Assembly (NCBI GenBank): GCA_963662715.1 | Contig: OY759724.1 | Span: forward strand, 2,202,662 to 2,266,661 | Length of the DNA: 64,000 nt | Source: Candidatus Omnitrophota bacterium | GTDB lineage: Bacteria; Omnitrophota; Gorgyraeia; Zapsychrales; JANLHA01 | Direction: 5' to 3' | In this document: piece by piece, positions 50,348-60,806 of the stretch | Position numbering within the stretch: the first letter of the stretch is position 1 | Layout of the letters: every line of letters begins with the position of its first letter | Translations under genes and position numbers: made by a program | The notes under the pieces: generated by a model | Told to the model about the DNA's origin: nothing | Seen by the model: only the letters and a program-made list of their open reading frames with translations | Database searches by the model: none

Positions 50348-51580
50348 ATGGACAATAGAGAATTGCTAGCCATTTTAGATCAATTAGAACGGGATAAGGG
50401 CATTAATAAAGATGTTCTGATCGAGGCGGTGGAAGCGGCCGTGGCCTCCGCGGCCAAGAAGGTCTGGACCGTTGATAGCAATGAGGAAATCAATGTTGTT
50501 TTAAACCGCAAGACCGGGAAGCTTACGGCTTATGCCGGTGAACATGAAATTCGTTCGAGCGAGTTCGGCCGGATCGCCGCCCAGACGGCCAAGCAAGTTG
50601 TTATACAGAAAATCCGGGAGGCAGAGAAGGATGTTGTTTACCAGGAATACTACAACAGAATCGGACAAATTATTTCCGGGGGGGTTTACCGTTTTGAAAA
50701 AGGGAATATTATTGTTGATTTGGGCAAGTCGGAAGGATATCTGCCAAAGACGGAAATATCAAGTAAAGAGGAATTTAAACAGGGGGACCGTATCAGGGCT
50801 TATGTCCTGGATGTTACCCGGGAGGCTAAAGGCCCGCAGATCATTTTGTCCCGAGCCAACCCGAATTTTGTCAAAAGACTTTTTGAACTGGAGGTCCCGG
50901 AGATATATGAAGGCATCGTGGAAATCAAATCGATTTCCCGAACGGTGGGAGAAAGAACCAAAATCGCTGTTTATTCAAAAGATGACAAGGTCGATTGCGT
51001 CGGGGCTTGTGTCGGTATGCGGGGAGCCAGGGTGAAAAATATTGTCACGGAGCTCCAGGGGGAGAAGATTGATATTGTCCGTTATTCGAGCGATATTAAG
51101 GAATATATTCAGGCCGCTTTGTCTCCGGCGGAAATTTCGCAAATACAGATTAATGCCGAAGATAAAAAGGCGAATTTGATTGTTGCGGACGATCAGTTGT
51201 CGCTTGCGATCGGCAAGAGGGGACAAAATGTGCGCCTGGCCAGTGAACTCGTAGGGTGGGAATTAAATATCTTTACCGCAGAACAATGGGCTCAGCAGCA
51301 GGAACCCCCTGTTCCGGAAGAGCCTTCACTGGAAGGTGTTGTAGAAGAAACGGCCGCTTTTTCAACGGCGGAGAACAAGGATTCTCTGGATTCGGAACTA
51401 TCCAAATTATCAAGCGTGGGCACGAAAACCATTGAAGCTTTACAGGAAGCCGGTTTTCAGACAATAGAGAGTATTGCCGCGGCGAGTATCGAGGATTTGA
51501 CACGCATTAAAGGTTTGGGTACAATCAAGGCTGAAAAATTAATCGAAGAAGCCGAATCTATGACAGGGAAGAAAGAATAA
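50348..51580 (+). CDS. nusA: Transcription termination/antitermination factor NusA
   Basis: N-terminal domain, S1 and KH domains, plus a C-terminal acidic repeat. Confidence 0.93.
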   Translation: MDNRELLAILDQLERDKGINKDVLIEAVEAAVASAAKKVWTVDSNEEINVVLNRKTGKLTAYAGEHEIRSSEFGRIAAQTAKQVVIQKIREAEKDVVYQEYYNRIGQIISGGVYRFEKGNIIVDLGKSEGYLPKTEISSKEEFKQGDRIRAYVLDVTREAKGPQIILSRANPNFVKRLFELEVPEIYEGIVEIKSISRTVGERTKIAVYSKDDKVDCVGACVGMRGARVKNIVTELQGEKIDIVRYSSDIKEYIQAALSPAEISQIQINAEDKKANLIVADDQLSLAIGKRGQNVRLASELVGWELNIFTAEQWAQQQEPPVPEEPSLEGVVEETAAFSTAENKDSLDSELSKLSSVGTKTIEALQEAGFQTIESIAAASIEDLTRIKGLGTIKAEKLIEEAESMTGKKE

Positions 51581-51608
51581 TTTTTGAAAAAGGGATTAGG
51601 GATATTAT

Positions 51609-52235
51609 ATGCATGTTTATGAACTAGCAGATGAATTACATATCAGTATAGAAGCTGTCCTGAAAAAGCTGAAATCTTTGAAGCTCAAGGCCAAGGACGG
51701 GGATCAGGTCCTCAATAAGGCTGTTATTATCGTTTTGCGCAGTGAACTTAAAAAGGATATGCAGGATCCCCAAAAGATGCAGCTCATGCAGAAGCAAAGG
51801 GCCCGGGAGAAAGAAAAGAAAAGTCTTGTTCGGAAATCCCCTGAGACAGCTGTCCCTGCGGAGGAACCCGCTTCGGACACAGAATCGAAGGCGGCTAAGA
51901 AGGGAACGACTGTCAAGAAAAAGACGGTTCGCGGCCGGAAGCCGGCGGCAAAAACCAAAGCAGAGGGGAATAAAGCCAAGGTCGCCAGCCCAGATAAGAA
52001 GGCACAAGCGAAACCGGAACCTGAACCAGAAGAGAAGCCGAAGAAAATTAAAACAAAAAAAATCGAAGCTCCTTTCGTCCCGCTTAAACCGTTGGCCAAA
52101 AAGAAACGTAAAACAGCCGGAGGAAAAACGGCCCGGGATTCCTCCGATTCCAAGAGCTCTTCGGGGAGAAGACGATCTTCCTCCGATGCCTCCTTTGCCC
52201 CCGGCGAAGGAACAGACAATGACTCGCGTCGGTAA
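51609..52235 (+). CDS. infB: Translation initiation factor IF-2, N-terminal fragment (IF2_N domain plus Lys/Pro/Glu-rich linker), separated from the core by a frame change
   Basis: MHVYELADELHISIEAVLKKLKSL is the IF2_N domain, followed by a low-complexity K/A/P/E linker. Stop TAA at 52233. The downstream G-domain ORF is in another frame and opens at 52223. Confidence 0.7.
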   Translation: MHVYELADELHISIEAVLKKLKSLKLKAKDGDQVLNKAVIIVLRSELKKDMQDPQKMQLMQKQRAREKEKKSLVRKSPETAVPAEEPASDTESKAAKKGTTVKKKTVRGRKPAAKTKAEGNKAKVASPDKKAQAKPEPEPEEKPKKIKTKKIEAPFVPLKPLAKKKRKTAGGKTARDSSDSKSSSGRRRSSSDASFAPGEGTDNDSRR

Positions 52236-52264
52236 CACAGCCGCCGATTGAGAAAACAAAGGAC

Positions 52265-54025
52265 ATGGTCGAGCTGGAATTGAAGATCCCTATTTCCGTA
52301 AAAGATTTTTCCGTCCGTATTCAGCAAAAGACCAGTTTGGTCCTGAAGAAGCTCATGCAGATGGGGGTGATGTGTAATATTAATCAGAATCTTGATGAGG
52401 ATGTCGTTAAACGTCTAGCTGTGGACTTTGGTTATTTTATCATAAAAATGAAAACCCAGGAACAACAGCTCATTGAGACCCATCAAAAAGAAGAAGAAGA
52501 CCCTTCTACCCTGGAATTCCGGGCTCCGGTGGTTACTTTTATGGGCCATGTTGATCACGGGAAAACCTCTTTGCTGGACAGGATACGGAAAAGTCAGATT
52601 GTTGACAGCGAACACGGCGGTATCACACAACATATCGGCGCTTATTCTGTCAGACTGCCTAAAGGGAAGATAACATTTTTAGATACTCCGGGTCACGAGG
52701 CTTTTACAGCCATGCGGGCGCGCGGGGCCCATATCACCGATCTCGTTGTTTTGGTTGTTGCCGCGGATGAAGGGGTGATGCCGCAGACGGAAGAGGCCAT
52801 TGATCATGCGCGTGCGGCCGACGTGCCTCTTGTTGTGGCTATGAACAAGATTGATCGCCGCAATGCCGATCCCGACCGGATCAAAAAGGAATTATCCGAG
52901 CACGGGTTGAATCCTGAGGACTGGGGCGGAAAGACAATCGTCGTGGGCGTTTCGGCCGTCACGGGAGAGGGTATTGACCAGTTGCTTGAAATGATTTTAC
53001 TGGAAGCGGAAATGCTGGAACTTAAAGCCAACAGGAATAAAGCTGCCTCGGGGATCGTGGTTGAGGCCCATTTGAGCCGTGGAAAAGGGGCCGTTGCAAG
53101 TTTAATCGTGCAAAGCGGAACCCTCTACGTCAATGATATCATTGTTGTGGGGTCATATTACGGGAAGATTAAAGCCATGTTTGATGACCAGGAACGCCCT
53201 GTCAGGGAAGCCGGTCCGTCGACTCCCGTTGAAATTTTAGGCCTTCCGGGAGTGCCGGAAGCAGGAGAGCAGTTCTACGTTATTCAGGATGAAAAACAGG
53301 CCAGAGAAATCGCGCTTATGCGTTCAGAACAGCTGAAGAAGGAAAAATTAATGGCCTCCTCTAAACGTGTGACTTTAGAGGATTTATATTCCCAGATACA
53401 AGAAGGCAGTATCAAAGAGTTAAATGTCATCCTGAAGGCTGATGTGCAGGGTTCGGTTGAGGCTTTACGCGATTCTCTGGAAAAAATCCCCAGCAATGAA
53501 GTTAAAGTGAAGTTTATCCATACCGGGGTAGGAGATGTTAATGCTTCGGATGTTATTTTGGCGGTAGCTTCAAATGCCATTATCATTGCTTTTCATGTCG
53601 GGATCGGGCCCAAGGCCGCCGATGACCTGGAAAAACAGCCTGTGGATGTGCGGCAGTACCGGATCATCTATGATGCGGTGAACGATGTCCGCAAAGCTTT
53701 AGAAGGTATGCTGGCGCCCAAAATGAAGCGGCGGGATTTGAGTCAGATTGATGTCCGGCAGGTTTTTAAACTCAGTAAGTCCGGGATTATTGCCGGCTGT
53801 TATGTGACGAAAGGGAAGGTCACCCGCAAGTCGAATATTGAAGTGATTCGTAACGGAGAAGTCATTTTCTCCGGAACGATCAGCACTTTAAAGCGTTTTA
53901 AAGATGATGTGCGGGAAGTCGCCGAAGGCTATGAATGCGGTGTTTCTATTAACGGATTTACCGATTTCCAGCCGGGAGATAAACTGGTGACTTTTGAAAT
54001 TGAGACAATTGCCAGGACATTATAA
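52265..54025 (+). CDS. infB: Translation initiation factor IF-2 core (second IF2_N-like domain, G domain, C-terminal domains)
   Basis: [13 protein letters not shown]1 motif, [12 protein letters not shown]. 586 aa with its own ATG and an AAAGGA RBS. Confidence 0.9.
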   Translation: MVELELKIPISVKDFSVRIQQKTSLVLKKLMQMGVMCNINQNLDEDVVKRLAVDFGYFIIKMKTQEQQLIETHQKEEEDPSTLEFRAPVVTFMGHVDHGKTSLLDRIRKSQIVDSEHGGITQHIGAYSVRLPKGKITFLDTPGHEAFTAMRARGAHITDLVVLVVAADEGVMPQTEEAIDHARAADVPLVVAMNKIDRRNADPDRIKKELSEHGLNPEDWGGKTIVVGVSAVTGEGIDQLLEMILLEAEMLELKANRNKAASGIVVEAHLSRGKGAVASLIVQSGTLYVNDIIVVGSYYGKIKAMFDDQERPVREAGPSTPVEILGLPGVPEAGEQFYVIQDEKQAREIALMRSEQLKKEKLMASSKRVTLEDLYSQIQEGSIKELNVILKADVQGSVEALRDSLEKIPSNEVKVKFIHTGVGDVNASDVILAVASNAIIIAFHVGIGPKAADDLEKQPVDVRQYRIIYDAVNDVRKALEGMLAPKMKRRDLSQIDVRQVFKLSKSGIIAGCYVTKGKVTRKSNIEVIRNGEVIFSGTISTLKRFKDDVREVAEGYECGVSINGFTDFQPGDKLVTFEIETIARTL

Positions 54026-54111
54026 GGGCCCAGAAACCTCCTCTATGGACTTATGAACACGGCACTGTCGCATCACGATAATCACAATTTTTTAATCATC
54101 AGATAACGTTT

Positions 54112-55095
54112 ATGAAAAAAATAATTTTTAGCGGAATGCGCCCTACGGGGAAATTGCACTTAGGCCATCTTGTCGGCGCATTGCAGAACTGGATTCAGCT
54201 GCAGGAGTCCTATGCGAGTATCTTTTGTATTGTCGACTGGCATGCTTACATGGGGGAATATGAGCAGAGCGGGAATATCAAAGATAATATTCTTGATATG
54301 GCTGTGGACTGGATCGCCTGCGGGATAGACCCGGTCAAATCAACGGTCTATGTTCAATCTCATGTCCCGGAGCATACGGAACTGCATATGGTCCTTTCCT
54401 GCATCACCCCGTTAGGCTGGTTGGAGCGGAATCCGACCTATAAAGAACAACTGCGGGAGATCACAACGCGGGATCTTCAAACGTATGGTTTTTTGGGGTA
54501 CCCGGTTCTCCAGGCCGCGGATATCTTACTGTATAAAGCGAACGCTGTTCCTATCGGGGAGGATCAGCTCCCACATATTGAACTGACACGGGAAATTTCC
54601 CGGCGGTTCAATTTCCTTTGCAAGAGAGATGTTTTTTCTGACTGCGAAGCTATTTTAACCCAGACACCGCGCTTGCTCGGTATTGACGGACGGAAAATGA
54701 GCAAAAGTTATAATAATGCGATTAACTTGTCTGATACGGCAGAGGAGGTCAAAGAAAAAGTCCGCCAAATGTTTACGGATCCTCAACGCATCAGACGTTC
54801 GGACCCCGGGCGTCCCGATCAATGCAATGTCTACAGCTATTATCAGGTTTTTGCCCCGCAGAGCACGGAGGAGGTCTGCCGGTGGTGTACAAAGGCCGAG
54901 AAAGGATGCACGGATTGTAAACGGACTTTATCCGAATGCCTCTTGAAGCATCTTGCGCCGATTCAGGAGAAGAGGCAGGCGCTTCTTAGTGAAAGGAATA
55001 AGATTTTTGATGTTTTAGAAGAGGGGAAGCAAAAAGCTCAGGCGATAGCCCGTCGGACTTTGAATGAAGTGAAGGAGGTGATTTTTCGATCATGA
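54112..55095 (+). CDS. trpS: Tryptophanyl-tRNA synthetase with Cys-rich (probable Fe-S) motif
   Basis: HIGH-like TGKLHLGH and KMSKS motifs. C-terminal Cys cluster C-x17-C-x2-C-x6-C-x2-C-x6-C (DQC...VCRWCTKAEKGCTDC...EC). Confidence 0.9.
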   Translation: MKKIIFSGMRPTGKLHLGHLVGALQNWIQLQESYASIFCIVDWHAYMGEYEQSGNIKDNILDMAVDWIACGIDPVKSTVYVQSHVPEHTELHMVLSCITPLGWLERNPTYKEQLREITTRDLQTYGFLGYPVLQAADILLYKANAVPIGEDQLPHIELTREISRRFNFLCKRDVFSDCEAILTQTPRLLGIDGRKMSKSYNNAINLSDTAEEVKEKVRQMFTDPQRIRRSDPGRPDQCNVYSYYQVFAPQSTEEVCRWCTKAEKGCTDCKRTLSECLLKHLAPIQEKRQALLSERNKIFDVLEEGKQKAQAIARRTLNEVKEVIFRS

Positions 55096-55868
55096 GCTAT
55101 AAACTCAAATTAGATATTTTTGAGGGGCCGTTGGATTTATTGCTTTATTTGATTAAGAAAAATGATATTGATATTTGTGATATCCCCATCACTCAGATCA
55201 CGGATCAATATATGGAATATATTGAAATGATGCGGCTTTTGGACCTGGAGTTTGTGGGGGATTTCCTCGTTATGGCGGCGACGCTGATGCAGATAAAATC
55301 AAGGATGCTGCTGCCTCCGGACCCGTCGCAGGAAGAAGAGGAAGAAGACCCCCGAGACGAATTGGTCAGAAAATTGCAGGAATATAAAATATTTAAGGAA
55401 ATAGCCGACCACCTGAAAATAAAAGAGACGGAGCGTCAGAAGCTGTTCCCCCGAAAACTGGATGAGGAGCTTCGCAAGGAGATAGAGGATGAAAGCAAGG
55501 AAGTCTATTTTGAAGCGAATCTGTTTGATTTGATTGACGCTTTTACAAAAGCCCTGAACCGTTTTAAAGAAGCGCCGGTTTATGAAGTGGCCAAAGAGGA
55601 ATTCACCGTTGAACAGAAAGTCCATGATGTCCTGCATGCCTTGCTTAAAAACCCGACGATCCTTTTAACGGAATTTTTTGTCCGTTCTTCCAGCAAAATG
55701 GAAGTGATTGTGACTTTCATGGCTATCCTGGAATTGATCCGGTTGCGGGAAATCCGGGTCGTGCAGAAACGCCTTTTTGCTGATATTGAAGTGATACGGA
55801 ACAGGGAAAAAGAAACCCCGCCTCAGCCGGAGAGGCCGGAGACGGGAGAGGTGGAGACGGATACTTAA
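55092..55868 (+). CDS. scpA: Segregation and condensation protein A
   Basis: [30 protein letters not shown]-terminus. Confidence 0.85.
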   Translation: MSYKLKLDIFEGPLDLLLYLIKKNDIDICDIPITQITDQYMEYIEMMRLLDLEFVGDFLVMAATLMQIKSRMLLPPDPSQEEEEEDPRDELVRKLQEYKIFKEIADHLKIKETERQKLFPRKLDEELRKEIEDESKEVYFEANLFDLIDAFTKALNRFKEAPVYEVAKEEFTVEQKVHDVLHALLKNPTILLTEFFVRSSSKMEVIVTFMAILELIRLREIRVVQKRLFADIEVIRNREKETPPQPERPETGEVETDT

Positions 55869-55872
55869 GGTT

Positions 55873-56919
55873 ATGACAGAGGACAGGCAGGCAAGAAAAA
55901 AACTGGTGCTTAATCAGGAGACCGAAGAGGACAAGATCGTCAGTTTATCCCTGCGTCCGGCAAAATTTTCTGAATTTGTGGGGCAGCAGGATGTGATTCA
56001 CAATCTGCAGGTGACTCTTTCCGCCGCAAAACAGCGGGGCGACTGCCTGGAACACATGCTTTTTTCCGGTCCTCCGGGGTTGGGAAAGACGTCGCTGTCT
56101 TACATCATTGCGCATGAGATGGGCTCCCGGATCACGGTAACGTCCGGTCCGGCGATTGACCGTGCCGGGGATTTGATCGGCATTTTAACGAATCTGGAAC
56201 GCGGGGATATTTTATTTATTGATGAAATTCACCGGCTGTCAAAAGTCGTTGAAGAATTCCTTTATCCGGCTATGGAAAATTTTAAAATTGATTTTATTGT
56301 GGATAAAGGCCCTTATGCGAGGACGATTAATTTCCATTTAAAGCCGTTCACATTGGTCGGCGCAACAACACGAAGCGGGCTGCTGGCATCACCCTTAAGA
56401 GACAGGTTCGGGATTTTCCATCATCTGGACTTTTATTCGGAAGAGGATTTAAGCGTTATTATTGTCAATTCAGCCCGAAAGCTGAACGTTTCTGTTGAAC
56501 AGCCGGCGGCTTATGAAATTGCCCGCAGGGCCAGGGGGACCCCCCGTATTGCCAACCGTTTGCTCCGTCGGGTCAGGGATTTTGCCCAGGTTAAAACGGA
56601 GTCAGGCGTTATTTCCCCGGCTGTCGTTCTTGAGTCCATGAAATTTTTAGGCATTGATCCTCTGGGCTTGGACGATGTTGACAGACGGCTGCTGAAAGTG
56701 ATCGATCAACATTATAATGGCGGCCCGGTTGGTATTGAAGCTTTGGCGGCGACGTTAAACGAGGAGATAGATACTATCGTGGATGTGATTGAACCGTATC
56801 TGCTTAAGACAGGGTTTTTGCGCCGGACCCCCCGTGGCCGTGAATTGACACCGCAGGCTATTCAGCATATTAACGGTTCATCCTTCCAGAAAGTGAACCT
56901 TCAACAAGAGTTCCTGTAA
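55873..56919 (+). CDS. ruvB: Holliday junction ATP-dependent DNA helicase RuvB
   Basis: [12 protein letters not shown] Walker [11 protein letters not shown], sensor-2 [12 protein letters not shown]. Confidence 0.93.
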   Translation: MTEDRQARKKLVLNQETEEDKIVSLSLRPAKFSEFVGQQDVIHNLQVTLSAAKQRGDCLEHMLFSGPPGLGKTSLSYIIAHEMGSRITVTSGPAIDRAGDLIGILTNLERGDILFIDEIHRLSKVVEEFLYPAMENFKIDFIVDKGPYARTINFHLKPFTLVGATTRSGLLASPLRDRFGIFHHLDFYSEEDLSVIIVNSARKLNVSVEQPAAYEIARRARGTPRIANRLLRRVRDFAQVKTESGVISPAVVLESMKFLGIDPLGLDDVDRRLLKVIDQHYNGGPVGIEALAATLNEEIDTIVDVIEPYLLKTGFLRRTPRGRELTPQAIQHINGSSFQKVNLQQEFL

Positions 56920-56927
56920 ACTCACCT

Positions 56928-57149
56928 TTGATGGATCATACTATGTCTAAATGGCTGTTTTTATGTGCGGCTTGCTTTTTTATAGCAGGTCTTTTTGTAT
57001 TTATATTTGAGAGAATCCCCGGGGCAGGCCGCCTGCCGGGAGATTTGCTTTTTAAAAAACCAGCTTTTACCGTTTATATCCCTTTGACGACATGTCTGGT
57101 CCTCAGCATTCTGTTAACCCTGATTTTGAACTTTTTTGGAAAGAAATAA
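56928..57149 (+). CDS. DUF2905-family small membrane protein
   Basis: 73 aa, two TM helices flanking the GRLPGD motif typical of DUF2905. The post-ruvB position is typical of this family. Confidence 0.65.
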   Translation: MMDHTMSKWLFLCAACFFIAGLFVFIFERIPGAGRLPGDLLFKKPAFTVYIPLTTCLVLSILLTLILNFFGKK

Positions 57150-58374
57150 AATGCCGTTAGGAATAAAATCCTTTTTAGACCAAACAAGGCAACGGACTCT
57201 TTCACGAACCGTTATGGTTTTGTTTGTTATGTCCCTCCTGGGGGGCGGATGTCCTCATCCGGCTTCGGCCCGGGACGATGATACGACGGTCCGTATTGCG
57301 ATTTTAAAAGATGTGAAACAGGCGGACATGAAGATCCCCCGGGGCTATGAAATTATCGATCCGCTGACGTCGCAACAATTGGAAGAGGGCCGCCGCGGGT
57401 TGTCCCGGACAGAAATTTCCGCAGGCCCGGACGGGATACGGCTGGGGGCCAGGCTTTTTAAAGTCAAGAGGATCCGTTTCATCCCGCGCCAGTATTTTTC
57501 ATTGTTTGCGGATAGGAAAGAACGAAAGTATCGCGGGGCGGTTGACGTTCTTTTGACCGAAACCCAGCAGCTTTTATTTGTTAATGTTATCAGTATAGAG
57601 AGTTATATTAAAGGGGTTCTTTATCACGAGGTTTCTCACCGCTGGCCCCTGGAGGCGATAAAGGCCCAGGCCGTTGCCGCCAGGACCTATGCGGCTTTTC
57701 AGATACAGCAGAACAAGAAAAAAGATTATGATATGACAAACGATATCTATTCCCAGGTTTATGGAGGAAAGACGTCTGAACGGTATCGGACAAATCTGGC
57801 AGTGCAAAGGACCCAGGGGGATATCCTCGTCTTTGACGGAAAGATTCTTCCGGCGTATTACCATGCTACCTGCGGCGGCCGCACCGAGGATGTCCAGGAG
57901 GTCTGGAAACATAATCTGTACCCTTTGAAGGGAGTCCGCTGCGTTTTTTGTTCCCATTCGCCGCATTATTTCTGGAAAAAAAATATTCAGCTGCAGGAGA
58001 TCCAGGAAAAGCTGAATCAACACGGACACAAGATAGGTCTTATAAAAAGTATAGAAATCCGCGAGCATACGTCTTCCGGCCGGGTTAAAACTCTGGAGAT
58101 CGTGGGCCGCAAGGGTGAGAAACTGACATTGTCTGGGAAAGATTTCCGGGAGATCATGGGCCCTAATGTGCTTCGTAGCAACGATTACCGCGTATTTATG
58201 AAAGGATATTATTGTGATTTTATCGGGAAAGGATGGGGGCACGGTGTCGGCATGTGTCAGTGGGGTGCGATGGGGATGGCCCGGCAGCAGTACAGTTACG
58301 ACGCCATATTGACCTATTATTATCCCGGGTCTGAGCTGAAAACGTTGTCAGAGGTTAAACACTTATTAAAGTGA
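57136..58374 (+). CDS. SpoIID/LytB-domain protein
   Basis: SpoIID signature regions (ESYIKGVLYHEVSHRWPLEAIKAQAVAARTYA...YHATCGGRTEDV). Confidence 0.8.
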   Translation: MERNKMPLGIKSFLDQTRQRTLSRTVMVLFVMSLLGGGCPHPASARDDDTTVRIAILKDVKQADMKIPRGYEIIDPLTSQQLEEGRRGLSRTEISAGPDGIRLGARLFKVKRIRFIPRQYFSLFADRKERKYRGAVDVLLTETQQLLFVNVISIESYIKGVLYHEVSHRWPLEAIKAQAVAARTYAAFQIQQNKKKDYDMTNDIYSQVYGGKTSERYRTNLAVQRTQGDILVFDGKILPAYYHATCGGRTEDVQEVWKHNLYPLKGVRCVFCSHSPHYFWKKNIQLQEIQEKLNQHGHKIGLIKSIEIREHTSSGRVKTLEIVGRKGEKLTLSGKDFREIMGPNVLRSNDYRVFMKGYYCDFIGKGWGHGVGMCQWGAMGMARQQYSYDAILTYYYPGSELKTLSEVKHLLK

Positions 58375-58468
58375 TTTGTGTGTCCCGGAGTCTTGGGCGG
58401 TCGCAAGAAGATCCGGGAGCCTTCCTCCGTAATCCTTCAATGATGTTTTTGTTTTTCAGGTGACGTTC

Positions 58469-59479
58469 ATGCAGTTAAAACATTTTATTTATGATTTGCC
58501 GGAAAACCTGATCGCTCAGCAGCCGCTTCCGGACCGGACGCAAGCGAGACTTATGGTCGTGGATCGAGAAAGAAGGACATTGATTCATGACCGCTTTGAA
58601 AATATCGGCCATTTTCTGCCGGATCAGGCTGTCTTGGTCCTGAATAACAGCAAAGTTGTTCCGGCCCGATTAAAAGGCATCAAACAGCGGTCCGGTGGCC
58701 AGGTGGAGCTGTTTCTTTTGCGGAAGTTGTCCGACGGGTTTTCCTTCGAAGTTCTTATGCGGCCGACCCGGCGCATCAAAACAGGGGATGTCATCCTGTT
58801 TCCCGGCACGCGTTTAAAAGCGGTCATTATAGACGTTCCCGGGAGGATTGTCCGCTTTTCCAGCCGTGCCGTTCAGCAACAGCTTTTTCGTGTCGGGCAT
58901 ATGCCTTTACCCCCGTATATCAAGCGCATGGACACGGCGGAGGACAAGGTCTATTATCAGACCGTTTATGCCAGGCACGCGGGTTCGGTTGCCGCCCCGA
59001 CGGCAGGGTTGCATTTTAGCAAAGAACTGCTGGCAGATTTAAAAGGACAGGGGCATGATACCGCAGAAGTGACCCTGCATATTAATTATGCAACGTTCAA
59101 GCCTGTTGAGGAAAAGGATATCACTCAGCATGAGATGCACCAGGAAACTTATTCTGTTTCAAAAGTGAATTATGAAAAGGTCGAGCTGGCTAGAAAAGAG
59201 CGTCGTCCCGTTTGCGCTGTCGGAACAACGAGCTGCCGCGTCCTGGAATCCGTCGCCATAACGCAACGCTTAAGGGGAACAACAAACCTGTTCCTTTATC
59301 CGGGCTGTTCCTTTAAAATGGTTGACCATCTGCTGACGAATTTCCATCTGCCGCAGAGTTCGCTGCTTATGCTTGTGTATGCTTTCGGCGGAATGACATT
59401 AATGAAAAGAGCTTACCGGGAAGCTATCCGGCGGCAGTACCGCTTTTACAGTTATGGGGATGCCATGCTTATTTTATGA
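58469..59479 (+). CDS. queA: S-adenosylmethionine:tRNA ribosyltransferase-isomerase
   Basis: FIYDLPENLIAQQPLPDRTQARLMVVD N-terminus. Alternative start 58460. Confidence 0.9.
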   Translation: MQLKHFIYDLPENLIAQQPLPDRTQARLMVVDRERRTLIHDRFENIGHFLPDQAVLVLNNSKVVPARLKGIKQRSGGQVELFLLRKLSDGFSFEVLMRPTRRIKTGDVILFPGTRLKAVIIDVPGRIVRFSSRAVQQQLFRVGHMPLPPYIKRMDTAEDKVYYQTVYARHAGSVAAPTAGLHFSKELLADLKGQGHDTAEVTLHINYATFKPVEEKDITQHEMHQETYSVSKVNYEKVELARKERRPVCAVGTTSCRVLESVAITQRLRGTTNLFLYPGCSFKMVDHLLTNFHLPQSSLLMLVYAFGGMTLMKRAYREAIRRQYRFYSYGDAMLIL

Positions 59480-59651
59480 CGGGGGCACAAGATGCCTTTA
59501 TATGCAGAATAACCGGGGACCCCATTCCGGCGGTCCAGATGCTTGAGAGGGTGGATGCCTTGGCCAACCGGCCGTTACCTTTTTTGGCTTTGGGACACGC
59601 AGCATAAAATTTTTAACGAGATACCATGCACAAGAGGCGTATTTTACAAAT

Positions 59652-60788
59652 ATGGAATTCCAGGTTTTAAAAACAGATTCTCAGACACCGGCGAGGCGTG
59701 GCTGTCTGAAGACGCCCCACGGCATCATCCAGTCGCCTTTTTTCATGCCGGTCGGGACGAACGCAACGGTCAAAGGTATTTCCGCCGAAGAGTTGATTGG
59801 AATGGGTTCCCAACTGATGCTGTCAAACACATACCATTTATTCTTAAGGCCCGGGATGGATATTATCAGGTCTTTTGGCGGTTTGCACGGGTTTATGAAT
59901 TGGCCGAAGCCCTTATTGACCGACAGCGGAGGATATCAGGTCTTTAGCCTGGCACAGTTCCGGAAAATTACGGATGAAGGCGTGAAATTTCAGTCGCACA
60001 TTGACGGGAGAAAACATTTCCTGTCCCCGGAAGATGTTTTGGCCATTGAACAGGTTTTAGGGTCTGATATGATTATGCCGCTTGATGAATGCGCACCCTA
60101 TCCTTGTGAGTATCATGAAGCGAAGCGTTCTGTGACAAGAACGTCGCTTTGGGCCGAACGCTCCCGGGCTTATTATCAGACTCATATGGCGTCCGAGCAG
60201 CGGCAATGGCTTTTCGGCATTATTCAGGGAGCCGTGTATGAGGACTTAAGACGAAAATCCGCGCAAGATATACTGGACATCGGGTTTGACGGCTACGCCA
60301 TCGGAGGGGTCAGCGTTGGAGAGCCGATTCATCTTATGTTTGAAACCGTGGACTGGGTCGCGCCTCTTTTGCCGGCGGAGAAGCCCCGTTACTTGATGGG
60401 GATCGGGATGCCGGACCAGATCGTTCACGCCGTATCCAAAGGCATTGATATGTTTGACACCTGTATCCCGACCCGGTACGGCCGGCACGGATCAGTTTTT
60501 ACCCGGAAAGGCCGCAAAATACTTTTAAATGCCGAGTATGCCGATGATCAAAGACCCATTGATGAAGACTGCGACTGTTTTGTGTGCCGGACATATTCCC
60601 GGAGTTATCTTAGACATCTGATGAAAGCCGGGGAGATGCTAGGGTTGCGCCTGCTTTCCTACCACAATCTGTTTTTTTATATTCACCTGATGCAGGATAT
60701 CCGTCAAGCCATCGAAAAGGAGTCTTTCGCGGAATTTCACCGGTCGTTCTTGCGTGAATACGGCTCGGAATTGTATAATGAACTCTAA
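59652..60788 (+). CDS. tgt: Queuine tRNA-ribosyltransferase
   Basis: TPHGIIQSPFFMPVGT, catalytic LLTDSGGYQVFSL, zinc site CDCFVCRTYSRSYLRHL. Confidence 0.93.
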   Translation: MEFQVLKTDSQTPARRGCLKTPHGIIQSPFFMPVGTNATVKGISAEELIGMGSQLMLSNTYHLFLRPGMDIIRSFGGLHGFMNWPKPLLTDSGGYQVFSLAQFRKITDEGVKFQSHIDGRKHFLSPEDVLAIEQVLGSDMIMPLDECAPYPCEYHEAKRSVTRTSLWAERSRAYYQTHMASEQRQWLFGIIQGAVYEDLRRKSAQDILDIGFDGYAIGGVSVGEPIHLMFETVDWVAPLLPAEKPRYLMGIGMPDQIVHAVSKGIDMFDTCIPTRYGRHGSVFTRKGRKILLNAEYADDQRPIDEDCDCFVCRTYSRSYLRHLMKAGEMLGLRLLSYHNLFFYIHLMQDIRQAIEKESFAEFHRSFLREYGSELYNEL

Positions 60789-60806
60789 CAGAATCATGAG
60801 GCGGGT

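Noticed and set aside
51636-52327. Several long ORFs on both strands and other frames in the 51.6-52.3 kb region: 51636..52259(-), 51704..52327(-), 51742..52251(+), 52084..52266(-).
   Set aside because: The region encodes the Lys/Pro/Glu/Ala-rich IF-2 linker. It is AAG/AAA/GAA/CCG-rich DNA that is stop-codon-poor in most frames and yields low-complexity translations. These are shadow ORFs of infB.
57574-58242. 222-aa minus-strand ORF antisense to the SpoIID gene.
   Set aside because: Shadow ORF with no family signal.
59543-59947. 134-aa + strand ORF overlapping the tgt start in another frame.
   Set aside because: It overlaps the conserved tgt N-terminus. Its translation is Trp/Arg-rich with no motifs.
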